DNA of 64,000 nt, from the IMG/VR virus record IMGVR_UViG_3300027791_000007, positions 84,444 to 148,443 of that record, one strand, 5' to 3'. This document shows positions 1 to 9,394 of this stretch, piece after piece. Position 1 is the stretch's first letter. Each line of letters begins with the position of its first letter. Position numbers and translations under genes: made by a program. This stretch comes from a virus. The notes under the pieces are model-generated. The model made no database searches. It had not been told where the DNA came from and saw only the letters and a list, made by a program, of their open reading frames with translations.

Positions 1-767
1 CTTGATTTGTGATTCTTACAGTGAATAATATTACCGACAACATCTGTACCTTCTTTATCTTTTCTTTTAGATAAGAAGATAATTGATGAGGCTGCATACT
101 TCAATCCAGAACCACCACCCATTTCCTTAGTAGGAAACATAGAACCCATAGAGTCATATGTGTGATTTGTTACAATCATTGGGATACCAGCTTTACCAAG
201 TTTCAAAGTCAACACTCTAAATGCAGCCTTAAGAACTTGTGCTCGTGTCATGTCTCTAGTTTCTTTTCCTGCTTCTGTATCCTCTACTTCCTTTGTAGTA
301 GATAACATACCAAGTGAATCTAAACACATCATCATAGGACGTTTTACATCCACATCTTGCTGAGAAAATCTATCTGCAATTTTAATCGCTTGTGTTCTAA
401 ACTCTTGTACAGTAGTAACTGGCATCATAACCATCCTAGTTGGGTCAATACCCCTATCAACTACCATCTGTTTAGTAATAGCACTTTCTGATTCAAAGTA
501 AACTACACCACCATCTGGATTTGCATCCAAAAAGTTCTTTACCATTCCCATCAAAAAGAATGTCTTACCAGTTGCACTTTCACCAGCAAGAGCAGTAATT
601 TTGTTTGCAGGCAATCCACCATACAAACTACCACTCAATAGTGCATTGAAAATGTAACTACCAGTATCTACAAAGTTTTCTACGTCACCAGCGGCAACAC
701 CATCGGATACTAAATCAGCATACTCATTTCCAGTTATTTTAATTATGTCTTTTAAAAAATCATTCAT
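1..767 (-). CDS. uvsX: UvsX RecA-like recombinase (runs off the left edge; missing from the ORF track)
   Basis: Manual translation from ATG at 767: [16 protein letters not shown]...[13 protein letters not shown]...[11 protein letters not shown] (Walker A)...LDSLGML...[12 protein letters not shown]. Confidence 0.95.
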   Translation of the reverse strand, partial: MNDFLKDIIKITGNEYADLVSDGVAAGDVENFVDTGSYIFNALLSGSLYGGLPANKITALAGESATGKTFFLMGMVKNFLDANPDGGVVYFESESAITKQMVVDRGIDPTRMVMMPVTTVQEFRTQAIKIADRFSQQDVDVKRPMMMCLDSLGMLSTTKEVEDTEAGKETRDMTRAQVLKAAFRVLTLKLGKAGIPMIVTNHTYDSMGSMFPTKEMGGGSGLKYAASSIIFLSKRKDKEGTDVVGNIIHCKNHKS

Positions 768-1140
768 AAATCACTCCTTCTAAATTAGGTTCTTCATAAT
801 TTGGGCCTTTCATGACCTTACCATCTTTTCGATACATGGGTTGACCATCTTCACCTAATTTTGTCATATTAGATCGTTGAACCTCATCAAAACATTTGTC
901 TAAGTCTAATCCAAATGTATGTCCAGCACCATAAACGACATATAAAATATCAGTTAATGCATCTGCCACATCTACAAGTGTACCACTTTCGCAAGCTTCT
1001 TCTAGTTCATTCAGTTCTTCTCGTATTAAATCAATCCTCAAATCCACTTCTTCATCTGTTGGCCATTGAGGATTTTCTCGTATTTTCTGCTTGAAAGCAG
1101 ACATAAAGTTTTCGACTTTGTTAAAGTTTGTTTGATTCAT
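760..1140 (-). CDS. MazG-like nucleotide pyrophosphohydrolase (DR2231-type dUTPase-like)
   Basis: EELNELEE...[11 protein letters not shown] acidic helices; SNMTK...[11 protein letters not shown]-terminal motif. Confidence 0.8.
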   Translation of the reverse strand: MNQTNFNKVENFMSAFKQKIRENPQWPTDEEVDLRIDLIREELNELEEACESGTLVDVADALTDILYVVYGAGHTFGLDLDKCFDEVQRSNMTKLGEDGQPMYRKDGKVMKGPNYEEPNLEGVIYE

Positions 1141-1146
1141 TTGTAG

Positions 1147-1175
1147 ATCCTATCATAATTAGCGTTGTTTGTCAA
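1147..1175 (-). promoter_or_regulatory. sigma70-type early promoter for the MazG-like gene and uvsX
   Basis: TTGACA (1175-1170), 17-nt spacer, TAGGAT (1152-1147). Confidence 0.7.
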
Positions 1176-1978
1176 GTAAAAAATTCACTTAATGTTGCAA
1201 CTCCGTGTTTGTCTGCAACTTTATTTACATTACTAGAGTTGTGGTTTGTTACAGTACCATCTATAAATGGTAGTGTCTTTGTGAGAGTATATTTTTCTTC
1301 GCCTGGTTTCTTTATTTTCCATTGTAAATCAACATCTTTGGGATAATTGATATTCCAATCCATAGTGGACTGTTTAAGATACTTCTTAGCCTTTTTATTT
1401 AGTGGGTAAATATATCTAAATTGTTTACCCCATACTCTACTAAATCCTAATTCACCCATCTTCTTATCACTTGGTCTTGGGCCATACTTAGTATCCATAC
1501 GATTCATTTCTTTTTTCATCTTTCTTTGGATAGTTCTGAAATGTACCTTTTCACCAGTTTCACTCAAATATATATCTGTCCAGATGAACCCACCAAATAA
1601 GAAGTTAGCGGCCTGATAAACATATCCTGGCTTACCAACAATTCCATCTGCCCATGTGTAAAGATATTTTATATTAGGTTTATTTTCTTTCAACCATTTA
1701 ATAGTTAAACTCTGCATTTGTGATTCTGAATTTCTGGGCATCTTATCATCCATACACATCTTACCTATTTCAAAATAATCAGCAGTTGTTAACTCTGGAA
1801 ACATCTTTCTTATTGTTCCCATAGGGTTCGTACCCCAACCCAAAGTTAGAACACCAACCAATTCTTCATCTACATATGTACCAAGATAATGTTTAGTTAG
1901 TTTGGGCATCACAGCACTATAGTGTCGTTCTTGAACGAATAGTGTTGCAACTCTCCAATCTATAGGTTTAATTATCAC
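1172..1978 (-). CDS. Mom-family (GNAT-fold) DNA base-modifying protein
   Basis: FVQERHYS...EIGKMC...PRNSES...YTWADGIVGKPGYVYQAANF matches the Mom-like HY / LxR / NxES / AD..G.xYQAxN pattern. Confidence 0.75.
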   Translation of the reverse strand: MIIKPIDWRVATLFVQERHYSAVMPKLTKHYLGTYVDEELVGVLTLGWGTNPMGTIRKMFPELTTADYFEIGKMCMDDKMPRNSESQMQSLTIKWLKENKPNIKYLYTWADGIVGKPGYVYQAANFLFGGFIWTDIYLSETGEKVHFRTIQRKMKKEMNRMDTKYGPRPSDKKMGELGFSRVWGKQFRYIYPLNKKAKKYLKQSTMDWNINYPKDVDLQWKIKKPGEEKYTLTKTLPFIDGTVTNHNSSNVNKVADKHGVATLSEFFT

Positions 1979-2418
1979 CCCTTATGTCTCCTCAAATAAG
2001 CGGCTCCCGCTTCTAAAACTTCTGGACGATCTAGTGAACGTCCTATCATAATATTACAATAGTCACAGATATATTCTCTTGGTGTTTCAGTTTCATGGTC
2101 ATGATCTAACACCCAAACAGTTTTTGATGTTGCAGACGATAATCCTTGAAATGCACCTCTACCTCTGATATATTCTTCATTGTCATTACAAATACCACAC
2201 TTATGATCCGACTCTGGTTTAGCTATTTCTTTTCTAACTTTATTAAGAATTTTTGTTTGGTGATTATTACACACTTTACAAATATTCTTAGTTTCTCTTG
2301 AACCATCTTTTCTGTGTCCTCTGTTTGCAAAGAGGTCTAAATGTTTTACCTCTTTACAAGAATAACACATCTTTGTATGCTCAACTTCTTCTGGGCCCCA
2401 TAATGTTTGAATAATCAT
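1975..2418 (-). CDS. Endonuclease VII-like His-Me finger nuclease with N-terminal Zn finger
   Basis: CYSC...CKVC, CGIC, LDHDHET...ICDYCNIMIG...AYL. Confidence 0.8.
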   Translation of the reverse strand: MIIQTLWGPEEVEHTKMCYSCKEVKHLDLFANRGHRKDGSRETKNICKVCNNHQTKILNKVRKEIAKPESDHKCGICNDNEEYIRGRGAFQGLSSATSKTVWVLDHDHETETPREYICDYCNIMIGRSLDRPEVLEAGAAYLRRHKG

Positions 2419-3182
2419 ATTGGTAACTTTCCAACTTGACTATCTGTATACATTTTCTTCCACTTGATTTTAATCTTCTTGAAATCTCCACCCATAACAT
2501 TCTCTTTAATGCCATTCCATGATACATGGTTAGGATACATCTCAATAAGTTTTGCATGAGTATCATTAATTAAATCTAAAGTTCTCCATTCGTTACATCC
2601 ACCCTCAACTAGAATCTTAGAAATATAACCAAACTCATCCCATATACGATTTGTATGTCCTTTTTCAAACAACTGTAATACCATATGAATATCTTCACAT
2701 ACTGGTAATGACCAATCTAGTTTTGTCTCATCAGGCATTTTATTACCATTGAAAAAGAAACCACAGTTTACAGCAGCGATATCAATAAATGGTTTTCCTG
2801 CTGGTGGTAGATTACCTTGACGAAAACCAGCGAAATCAACTTCATCTAACCATCGACTAGTTTCTGATAACATATAATCCCAATCCTTAGCGTCCATAAA
2901 TCTTTTAGATTTTTCTTTACCAGGCGTTCTACGAATGAATTTTAAGTCATCGTCAAACACTCCGTATTTGATATTCATAGATTTCATATATATCCAGCGC
3001 CTAGTCTCCGTGATCCCAATATCATCATCAGGCAAAACCATTATGGGATAATTTGGGTATAAATGTTTTTCCTTCGGTTGCACTACAAGAGTAGTAATAG
3101 ATTGTGTAGGGCCTGACAAATTATCAAAAGTAATTTGGTTGTGAGATCGGCCTAAGGTCGGTATATAAATCTGATCTATCAT
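2415..3182 (-). CDS. GT-A glycosyltransferase, TAGT/GREB1-like (T-even glucosyl-hmC glucosyltransferase family)
   Basis: IYIPTLGR, GITETRRWI, FDDDL (DxD), CEDIHMVLQL, GGCNEWR. Confidence 0.75.
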   Translation of the reverse strand: MIDQIYIPTLGRSHNQITFDNLSGPTQSITTLVVQPKEKHLYPNYPIMVLPDDDIGITETRRWIYMKSMNIKYGVFDDDLKFIRRTPGKEKSKRFMDAKDWDYMLSETSRWLDEVDFAGFRQGNLPPAGKPFIDIAAVNCGFFFNGNKMPDETKLDWSLPVCEDIHMVLQLFEKGHTNRIWDEFGYISKILVEGGCNEWRTLDLINDTHAKLIEMYPNHVSWNGIKENVMGGDFKKIKIKWKKMYTDSQVGKLPI

Positions 3183-4165
3183 ATCGCAGTGTCCATTCTA
3201 TTTGTAAATTCGTGATAGTAAGCGTCCAGAGATAACAATACTTGTTTGTAGTTGTTTCTATATTCTTCTAACTTACTGTTAAAGAAATCTTCATCTCTTA
3301 ATTGTAAAATCTTTTCTTCTAGTTCTTCAAACTCTTGTACTCGTTGCCATTCATCAATTCTGTATGTATTATTCTTATCATAGTCTCTCCATACAAATGG
3401 CACCATTCCAATTGAAAGTGCTTCTGGATACCTACTAGTTGTGGCATATGGGTCAATCCAGTTAAAACAAAGTGTACTTCTTGCTGGTTCTAACATTGGA
3501 TATAATTGTTTCCAATCTTTAATCCATGCGGCTTGTCGTTTTACCCCACTAGGAAAACCACCCACCATTACAGTAGATAGTTGTGAACGATAGATTTTAC
3601 GAATTGTTTTCTCTCTATCGTTACCATGTTTCATACGACCCCAGTAGGCCCAATCAACAGTTTTACCTTCACTCATCATATCATAAAGAGGATTTTTTAA
3701 AGTCTGAATAAAATGATATTTCATACCGTGGATATTTCCACTAAAATCTATTTCATCTATCGTAGTAAATCTTGTAATTGTAGTACCCTTTAAAGTATGC
3801 ACTCTATACAACTCTTCTGTGTCACCCCTATCTGAACGAAACATAATCACCTTTTTATCTCTAAAGAACGGGCGAATAGTTTCCATATGACTTTCAGACT
3901 TTGCAAGGTCTTTTGGATTCATCTGTAACTCACCATGATACCTAAACTCTGAATCACTAGGTATGACAATTACATCGGCCCACTCAATATTCTCTGGTGT
4001 TCGTTTGGGTCTACTTTCATCAAACGATACGTTATATGTTCTGTATTCATGTTGTGGGTTTGCTTTCATCCACTTGACATAGTTTTCAAAGAAACTATCT
4101 AGGACAGTTTCTAATGGGCCATTATACTTTACGTTACTTCGTAATCTTGCAATTGTTATTTTCAT
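3179..4165 (-). CDS. T4 beta-glucosyltransferase-like GT-B DNA glycosyltransferase
   Basis: MKITI start; YWGRMKHGNDREK resembles BGT YGGSFRSGQRE; TSRYPEAL...FVWRDYDKN resembles BGT TLRVWETM...IDEEFDTK; similar length. Confidence 0.65.
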   Translation of the reverse strand: MKITIARLRSNVKYNGPLETVLDSFFENYVKWMKANPQHEYRTYNVSFDESRPKRTPENIEWADVIVIPSDSEFRYHGELQMNPKDLAKSESHMETIRPFFRDKKVIMFRSDRGDTEELYRVHTLKGTTITRFTTIDEIDFSGNIHGMKYHFIQTLKNPLYDMMSEGKTVDWAYWGRMKHGNDREKTIRKIYRSQLSTVMVGGFPSGVKRQAAWIKDWKQLYPMLEPARSTLCFNWIDPYATTSRYPEALSIGMVPFVWRDYDKNNTYRIDEWQRVQEFEELEEKILQLRDEDFFNSKLEEYRNNYKQVLLSLDAYYHEFTNRMDTAI

Positions 4166-5376
4166 TACATATCTTCTAAAGAGTTTTTGATCTTATATTC
4201 TAATGAAATCACCTCTACATTAAAACCCTTAGGCGCAATCCAAAACTCAATGTCATCCATCACCTTAGGCAACCACTTCTTGTTCCACTCTTGCATGGTC
4301 TTCCAATTGGGATGGGTGATGTAAATAGTTGCATACTTCTTCTTTGACTTTGCCTTTACAAGTAACTTTAACTCATCTTGTAACGAATGTAAGTTAAACT
4401 TTCCAGATGAAGCGTGCATTGAAATTGAATCCTTATCAGTAGCATTTTCAAGAATAGTAGCTAATTCAGACTTGTATAGTGACCACTTCTTCCAAATCCA
4501 ACCATCAGGCAACTTATCATTTAGAGTAATCGTTGTCTGTGCCTTATTGATAATCCAGTTGATTTGTCTTGTGCTCCAATTCATATCTTCCAAGTATTTA
4601 ATATTATCTGTTGAGTCGGCCGGAACACCTTTCTTATTAAATGCAGCAACAATCCATGCTACTTGGTCGTCTGGATGACCAACCTTTGTAGCCTTTTTCT
4701 GCTGAGGATTTAACAGATTAGCAAGAATTTGTAACTGTGTGACATCAAACTGATTCCAAATCTTCTTTGAGATATACATAACTGGCACCTTAATTACATG
4801 AGAAACCCTCTTTGCGGCCGCAGTAGTGTGATTACCATCAAGAATGATATCATCACCATTCTTTCCATATCCCTTTAATACAATAATTGGATCAAAACTA
4901 TCAATCTTTCCATGTAAGTCAATCATAGCATCTGCAAGAACTCCAACATGATTAGTGTCAGTATTTTCTACCCTTGTCTGATACCTCGCAAGTTCAGTAA
5001 TTATTGACTTCTCAATCAACTCAATAGGTAATTCCTTAGTCTTAATCATTTGAGATAATTCCCTCAATTCTAAATTCTTACCTACTGTCTTGAGGTACTT
5101 ACCACCACCATTTGACTTGTTGTAGTATTCTTCATTGTTGTTCGCATCTACTTCTAATAACATATTTCTCTCCAATGTCGCCATATTAATTTTAGTTCCT
5201 TGTTTCACAATCTTGTATTCATTATCACCCTCAGCAAAATCTTCCATGAAAATAGGACACTTACTTGAATGAATATAATTAGAAATAGTTTCTCCTTTTT
5301 TTAAAACATGATAACCAATATACTTCTTTCCAGTTCCATTAACTGTGATTTCGTAAACATAAGCTTCTTGATTCAT
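4165..5376 (-). CDS. GIY-YIG-like N-terminal domain fused to a ParB/Srx-like domain
   Basis: AYVYEI...KKYIGYH...YIHSS...ERNML...YYNKS (Seg-like GIY-YIG); PIIV...ILDGNHT (ParB-like). Confidence 0.6.
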   Translation of the reverse strand: MNQEAYVYEITVNGTGKKYIGYHVLKKGETISNYIHSSKCPIFMEDFAEGDNEYKIVKQGTKINMATLERNMLLEVDANNNEEYYNKSNGGGKYLKTVGKNLELRELSQMIKTKELPIELIEKSIITELARYQTRVENTDTNHVGVLADAMIDLHGKIDSFDPIIVLKGYGKNGDDIILDGNHTTAAAKRVSHVIKVPVMYISKKIWNQFDVTQLQILANLLNPQQKKATKVGHPDDQVAWIVAAFNKKGVPADSTDNIKYLEDMNWSTRQINWIINKAQTTITLNDKLPDGWIWKKWSLYKSELATILENATDKDSISMHASSGKFNLHSLQDELKLLVKAKSKKKYATIYITHPNWKTMQEWNKKWLPKVMDDIEFWIAPKGFNVEVISLEYKIKNSLEDM

Positions 5377-5408
5377 ATTTTTTCTTTCTCTTGATTGTTT
5401 ATACTAAT

Positions 5409-5437
5409 AGTATAACAGCCAAAAGTGCATTTGTCAA
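5409..5437 (-). promoter_or_regulatory. sigma70-type early promoter heading the DNA-modification operon
   Basis: TTGACA (5437-5432), 17 nt, extended TGT-TATACT (5414-5409). Confidence 0.8.
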
Positions 5438-5510
5438 GTAGGGCAAAAATCTCCAGTAAAAACAAAGACTTAAATTTAACGTAAAATTTGTGTTTTAGCA
5501 CAACTGCGAA

Positions 5511-6623
5511 TCACCTTATTATATCAATCTTATCCATAGTATCTTTATTCCAGACTTCAAGTTCTTTTCTTAACTTGTCCTCTCTAATCATTTTAGTGTA
5601 TCTTTTAGTAGAAAGCTTCTTCCACCACTGTACTACATTTTCAAGTTCAAATCTATCATAGTTTTCTGCTTTTGTCAAGGTATTTGTTTCACCTAGTAAA
5701 ACATTTCTTGCATTTTCATATCCATATGTTGACATATAAAATCTTTTCTGTGTGGTCACTTCTCCTGCTTTATTCATTGCATCTGTAAATAACTGATAGG
5801 CCTTTGAGTCATGTTGTTTTAATGATGCCTTAACCGTTCCCACCATCTTGGTCTGCATCTTTAACTTTCTTGAACTTGCACCTTTATGTATTAGGTCTTC
5901 ACCACCGTTTCTTTCAGTAAACCAATCTCTCATCTCCATATAGATTTCTTCTCCAAGTGTCAATAGAAACTTAGATTGAGTATCACCTTTGTATCTTAGA
6001 TATGGGCGCATACCATCATACATACTACCACCTTTGATATTACCATAAAGACTTGTAGTTTCAAATAGACAGAACTTTGTATTATACTTCTTATTCAACA
6101 TACGTCTAGTTGCATGAGAACAACAAATAGCTGCAAGTAACTTACCACCAAGATAATTATACCCAAATGGTTGTGCAGGCACAATATTAAATCCCATGAT
6201 AGCACGTTTGTTAAAGATATCTAAATCTGGAACACCACCAAGAAAATCATTTCTAGGTTTAGAGTTAATTAGTGGACTACCATAACGTATAAATCCTACA
6301 ATAGTATTTGTAGTTGTTTCCTTAACAACTAGTTTCAAAGTCTTGCCTGGGTTTTCATCTGGACTGAATGATGCAGTCTTTTCTAATAGTGTATCATATA
6401 CCTTGTTTGGTATTTCTACAACTTGAAAGTTCATATCCTCTGGATGCATATCAAAGTCTTGAAACAAATCATCTTCAATTGACATGCCAGGCAGTGGTGA
6501 CGGAATATCTTTAACTCTTTCAATCTTTCTTACACGAAAGTAATCATCAATGCGATTAAAATCTTTGAAGTATTTCATCAATTTTGTAGCAGCGTATATT
6601 GAGTCTTGTCTGTCTAGTATCAT
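5511..6623 (-). CDS. DUF4338 (DruA-like) protein of T4-like marine phages
   Basis: PAQPFGYNYLGGKLLA, FETTSLYG, YDG motifs; overlaps the gp43 stop codon. Confidence 0.7.
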   Translation of the reverse strand: MILDRQDSIYAATKLMKYFKDFNRIDDYFRVRKIERVKDIPSPLPGMSIEDDLFQDFDMHPEDMNFQVVEIPNKVYDTLLEKTASFSPDENPGKTLKLVVKETTTNTIVGFIRYGSPLINSKPRNDFLGGVPDLDIFNKRAIMGFNIVPAQPFGYNYLGGKLLAAICCSHATRRMLNKKYNTKFCLFETTSLYGNIKGGSMYDGMRPYLRYKGDTQSKFLLTLGEEIYMEMRDWFTERNGGEDLIHKGASSRKLKMQTKMVGTVKASLKQHDSKAYQLFTDAMNKAGEVTTQKRFYMSTYGYENARNVLLGETNTLTKAENYDRFELENVVQWWKKLSTKRYTKMIREDKLRKELEVWNKDTMDKIDIIR

Positions 6624-9106
6624 AGAAAATCCATTAAGTTACCTTGTTGGCCATATGTGCGATCCACTGTCCATTTAAGTTTGGACACAATAAAGTTTAG
6701 TGGTTCAACAAATGACTTTTCAAATTGTTGTTCATAATCAATCATACTCTGTAATCCAAACTCATCAGGCATTTTTGTAATGAATGAAATAGAACTTGAT
6801 TGGTGAGCATTTGGTATTCGTAAGTGCAAGAATTTAATCTTATCCCCTTCTTGAATGTATGGGTATTTGTTTACTAGTTTCTTTTGTTTGAGAAGATGGT
6901 TGTATAGAATTGCTCCCTTACAATGAATAGGGGCTCCTTTAGCAAATAGGGAACTAGGATCACTCCATTTCGTCAAACCGTTTACACTTCTAGGATATGC
7001 AATCATCTCTGCTGGCATGTTCATAAACTCTTCTCTAAAGTCTCGTATAAACTTATTTAGCATTTTCTCATCACCACTCATGATGATTTTCAAACCTTCT
7101 TTAATTTTGTTTCTACAAGGTTCTGGCGTAGAAGATTTTACTGCTTCAATACCCATAATCTTTAGTTTAGGTTCTTGATAACGAACACCCTCATTATCCC
7201 ACACATTAAGAATATATCGTTTCTTAGCAGTCCATATACCCTTGTCAGCGATGACTTCTCTTGACATCTCCATCTTCTGTTGGTATGCTTTCATGTAAGT
7301 AGCGAGTTCTTCATAACATGAACTGATATATGGTTCTATCTTATCCTTTGCAATGCTGTCTAGAAAATCAATTGGACTAGATGGATTAAACTTTTCTACC
7401 AAAGAACCGAATGTAACATAGATGGAATCTGTATCAGAAGCAACCACATAATCTTGATTATCAGTTTTGAGTAAATTGTTCATATAACTATTAATCTTGT
7501 TTTCAATCCAACGAATAGATAATTGTCCAGAAGTTGTAACAGCCTCTGCCATTGCAAGGGAGTAGTATCTGAAATACTGATTACCGATAGCACCATAAGC
7601 ACTGTTCAATGCAATCTTTCTTGCCATCTGAATATTATCATACTTAGAAATCTTTTTAAGTAGTTTTGGTTCTTTGGTATCTTCATATTCTTGTTTTGCC
7701 TGTAACATCTTCTTCTTGAATACGACACGATCATTGTACATGTTTTCCATCAACTCTGGAAGAAAACCTTTTGTATCTGTTCTGAACAATGCACCGTTTG
7801 GTGTCATAGTGGTATCTTTGAAAATAGATGTATCAACTTCCTTGTTTAGAAGTTTGTCCACCTTCATACCTTTTACCGTATCCAGAGATTTTAATGTTTC
7901 TGGGGAAATATTATATTGCATCATTAAGTGTGGATACAAAGAGTTCAAGTCAAAAGACATAATCCATTTATGTTCACCGACTATAGGGTCTTTGACATAT
8001 GCACCCTCAAACTTCTCTGCCTTTTCTGAATGACGTTTCTGTGGAATTACAATATTCTTTTTCTTTAGATAATTGTAAATCAGAACATCCCAATATTTAA
8101 CCGAACCAAGAACATCCATGTAATTAACTTTGGCTTCATATGCCATAGTCAAACACAATTCAATAAGTCTCATCTTATCTTCAATACGATCAACTAGTTC
8201 CACATCAAGAATGTTATAGTCAATAAAAGATTGAAAGTCTTTTGTATACCACTCACTGAAAGTTTCATATGGATTTGTATCTTTCTTTTGTCCAAGTTCT
8301 ACATATGCGATATGAGTAAGTGCATATGACTCTTGACTTGTGTATGTAAACTTGTGATATAAGTCCAAGTAATCCAAGTGAGCAACACCTCTAATATCGT
8401 AGAGTTGATGATTCCTACCATTTCTGAAAACTTCTTTATCTTGAACCATACGCCATGGTGATAATCTTTTTAGTTCATCCTCACCAAACAAGTTCTTCAT
8501 ACGATTACATAGATAAGGAATATCAAAAAATTCTGTATTCCAACCAGTGATAATATCTGGTGGGCTGTTTTCCCAAAAGATAAGAAACTCTTTAAGTAAA
8601 TGTATTTCACTCTCACATTCAATGTAAGTTACATCGTCACGACTATTAGTATATTTACCAACACCCCAAACAATAATTTGTTTGTTAGAATGGTTCTTTA
8701 AAGTAATTGATAGAAAAGGTTCTGCAGCCTCTTGTGGATTAGGAAACCCATTCTCACATTTAACCTCAATGTCAATAGTGTATATTAGAATCTGATCTAA
8801 ATCCCAATTGACATCATTAGGATATTCTTCTGAAAGATAAGTATATGGATATTGGTTTAACCCCAATACCAACGATTTTTGATTCTCGTATGATTTTTGC
8901 CACTCTTTCGCATCTTTGATATTATCAAATTTGATTGGGGCAGCATTCTTGCCAGTAAGAGTTTTGAAACCGCTTACCTTTTCGCAGGGCGTGTACAAAG
9001 TTGGTTGGTATTTAACCTTACGAACTTGTCGTTTGCCGTTTACAACTTCTCTTAGAAAAAGTTGGTTTCCCCACTGTAAAATATTTGTGTAAAAGTTTAT
9101 CATCAT
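6620..9106 (-). CDS. gp43: Family B DNA polymerase gp43
   Basis: DIEV exonuclease motif, SFDLNSLYPH, KIALNSAYG, SDTDS, KKRY; C-terminal clamp-binding NLMDFL. Confidence 0.98.
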   Translation of the reverse strand: MMINFYTNILQWGNQLFLREVVNGKRQVRKVKYQPTLYTPCEKVSGFKTLTGKNAAPIKFDNIKDAKEWQKSYENQKSLVLGLNQYPYTYLSEEYPNDVNWDLDQILIYTIDIEVKCENGFPNPQEAAEPFLSITLKNHSNKQIIVWGVGKYTNSRDDVTYIECESEIHLLKEFLIFWENSPPDIITGWNTEFFDIPYLCNRMKNLFGEDELKRLSPWRMVQDKEVFRNGRNHQLYDIRGVAHLDYLDLYHKFTYTSQESYALTHIAYVELGQKKDTNPYETFSEWYTKDFQSFIDYNILDVELVDRIEDKMRLIELCLTMAYEAKVNYMDVLGSVKYWDVLIYNYLKKKNIVIPQKRHSEKAEKFEGAYVKDPIVGEHKWIMSFDLNSLYPHLMMQYNISPETLKSLDTVKGMKVDKLLNKEVDTSIFKDTTMTPNGALFRTDTKGFLPELMENMYNDRVVFKKKMLQAKQEYEDTKEPKLLKKISKYDNIQMARKIALNSAYGAIGNQYFRYYSLAMAEAVTTSGQLSIRWIENKINSYMNNLLKTDNQDYVVASDTDSIYVTFGSLVEKFNPSSPIDFLDSIAKDKIEPYISSCYEELATYMKAYQQKMEMSREVIADKGIWTAKKRYILNVWDNEGVRYQEPKLKIMGIEAVKSSTPEPCRNKIKEGLKIIMSGDEKMLNKFIRDFREEFMNMPAEMIAYPRSVNGLTKWSDPSSLFAKGAPIHCKGAILYNHLLKQKKLVNKYPYIQEGDKIKFLHLRIPNAHQSSSISFITKMPDEFGLQSMIDYEQQFEKSFVEPLNFIVSKLKWTVDRTYGQQGNLMDFL

Positions 9107-9111
9107 GTTCC

Positions 9112-9140
9112 ATTGTATAGTAAATTGTTGGCATTGTCAA
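9112..9140 (-). promoter_or_regulatory. sigma70-type promoter for gp43
   Basis: TTGACA (9140-9135), 17 nt, TACAAT (9117-9112). Confidence 0.75.
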
Positions 9141-9145
9141 GTCTT

Positions 9146-9394
9146 TTATTCAAATAATTCTATTTGTTTTTTCTTGTTAACTGGTTTCATTGGGAAATAA
9201 ATATTAATCATTTCTAGTCTATCATGTGCGGCAGATAGTTTATCTAGTTCAGCCATAACTGCTTCTGTTACATCTGAATGCTCTCCAATTCCTGCCGGCA
9301 TTGTTTGATACACTGCAATATTTGCCTTGTGAACTTCAATTTGTCCTTCTGCATGTTTTTTTGCAGCAAAAATAATTTGTTCGCCTACTTTCAT
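9146..9394 (-). CDS. Small conserved phage protein of unknown function
   Basis: KHAEG...HKANIAVY...GIGEHSD pattern of a small ORF seen in marine T4-like phages; coupled to the upstream ORF. Confidence 0.6.
   Translation of the reverse strand: MKVGEQIIFAAKKHAEGQIEVHKANIAVYQTMPAGIGEHSDVTEAVMAELDKLSAAHDRLEMINIYFPMKPVNKKKQIELFE

Noticed and set aside
5511-6623. Druantia defence system
   Set aside because: Only a DUF4338-like gene is present; there is no DruE helicase or other Dru gene, and the context is phage replication.
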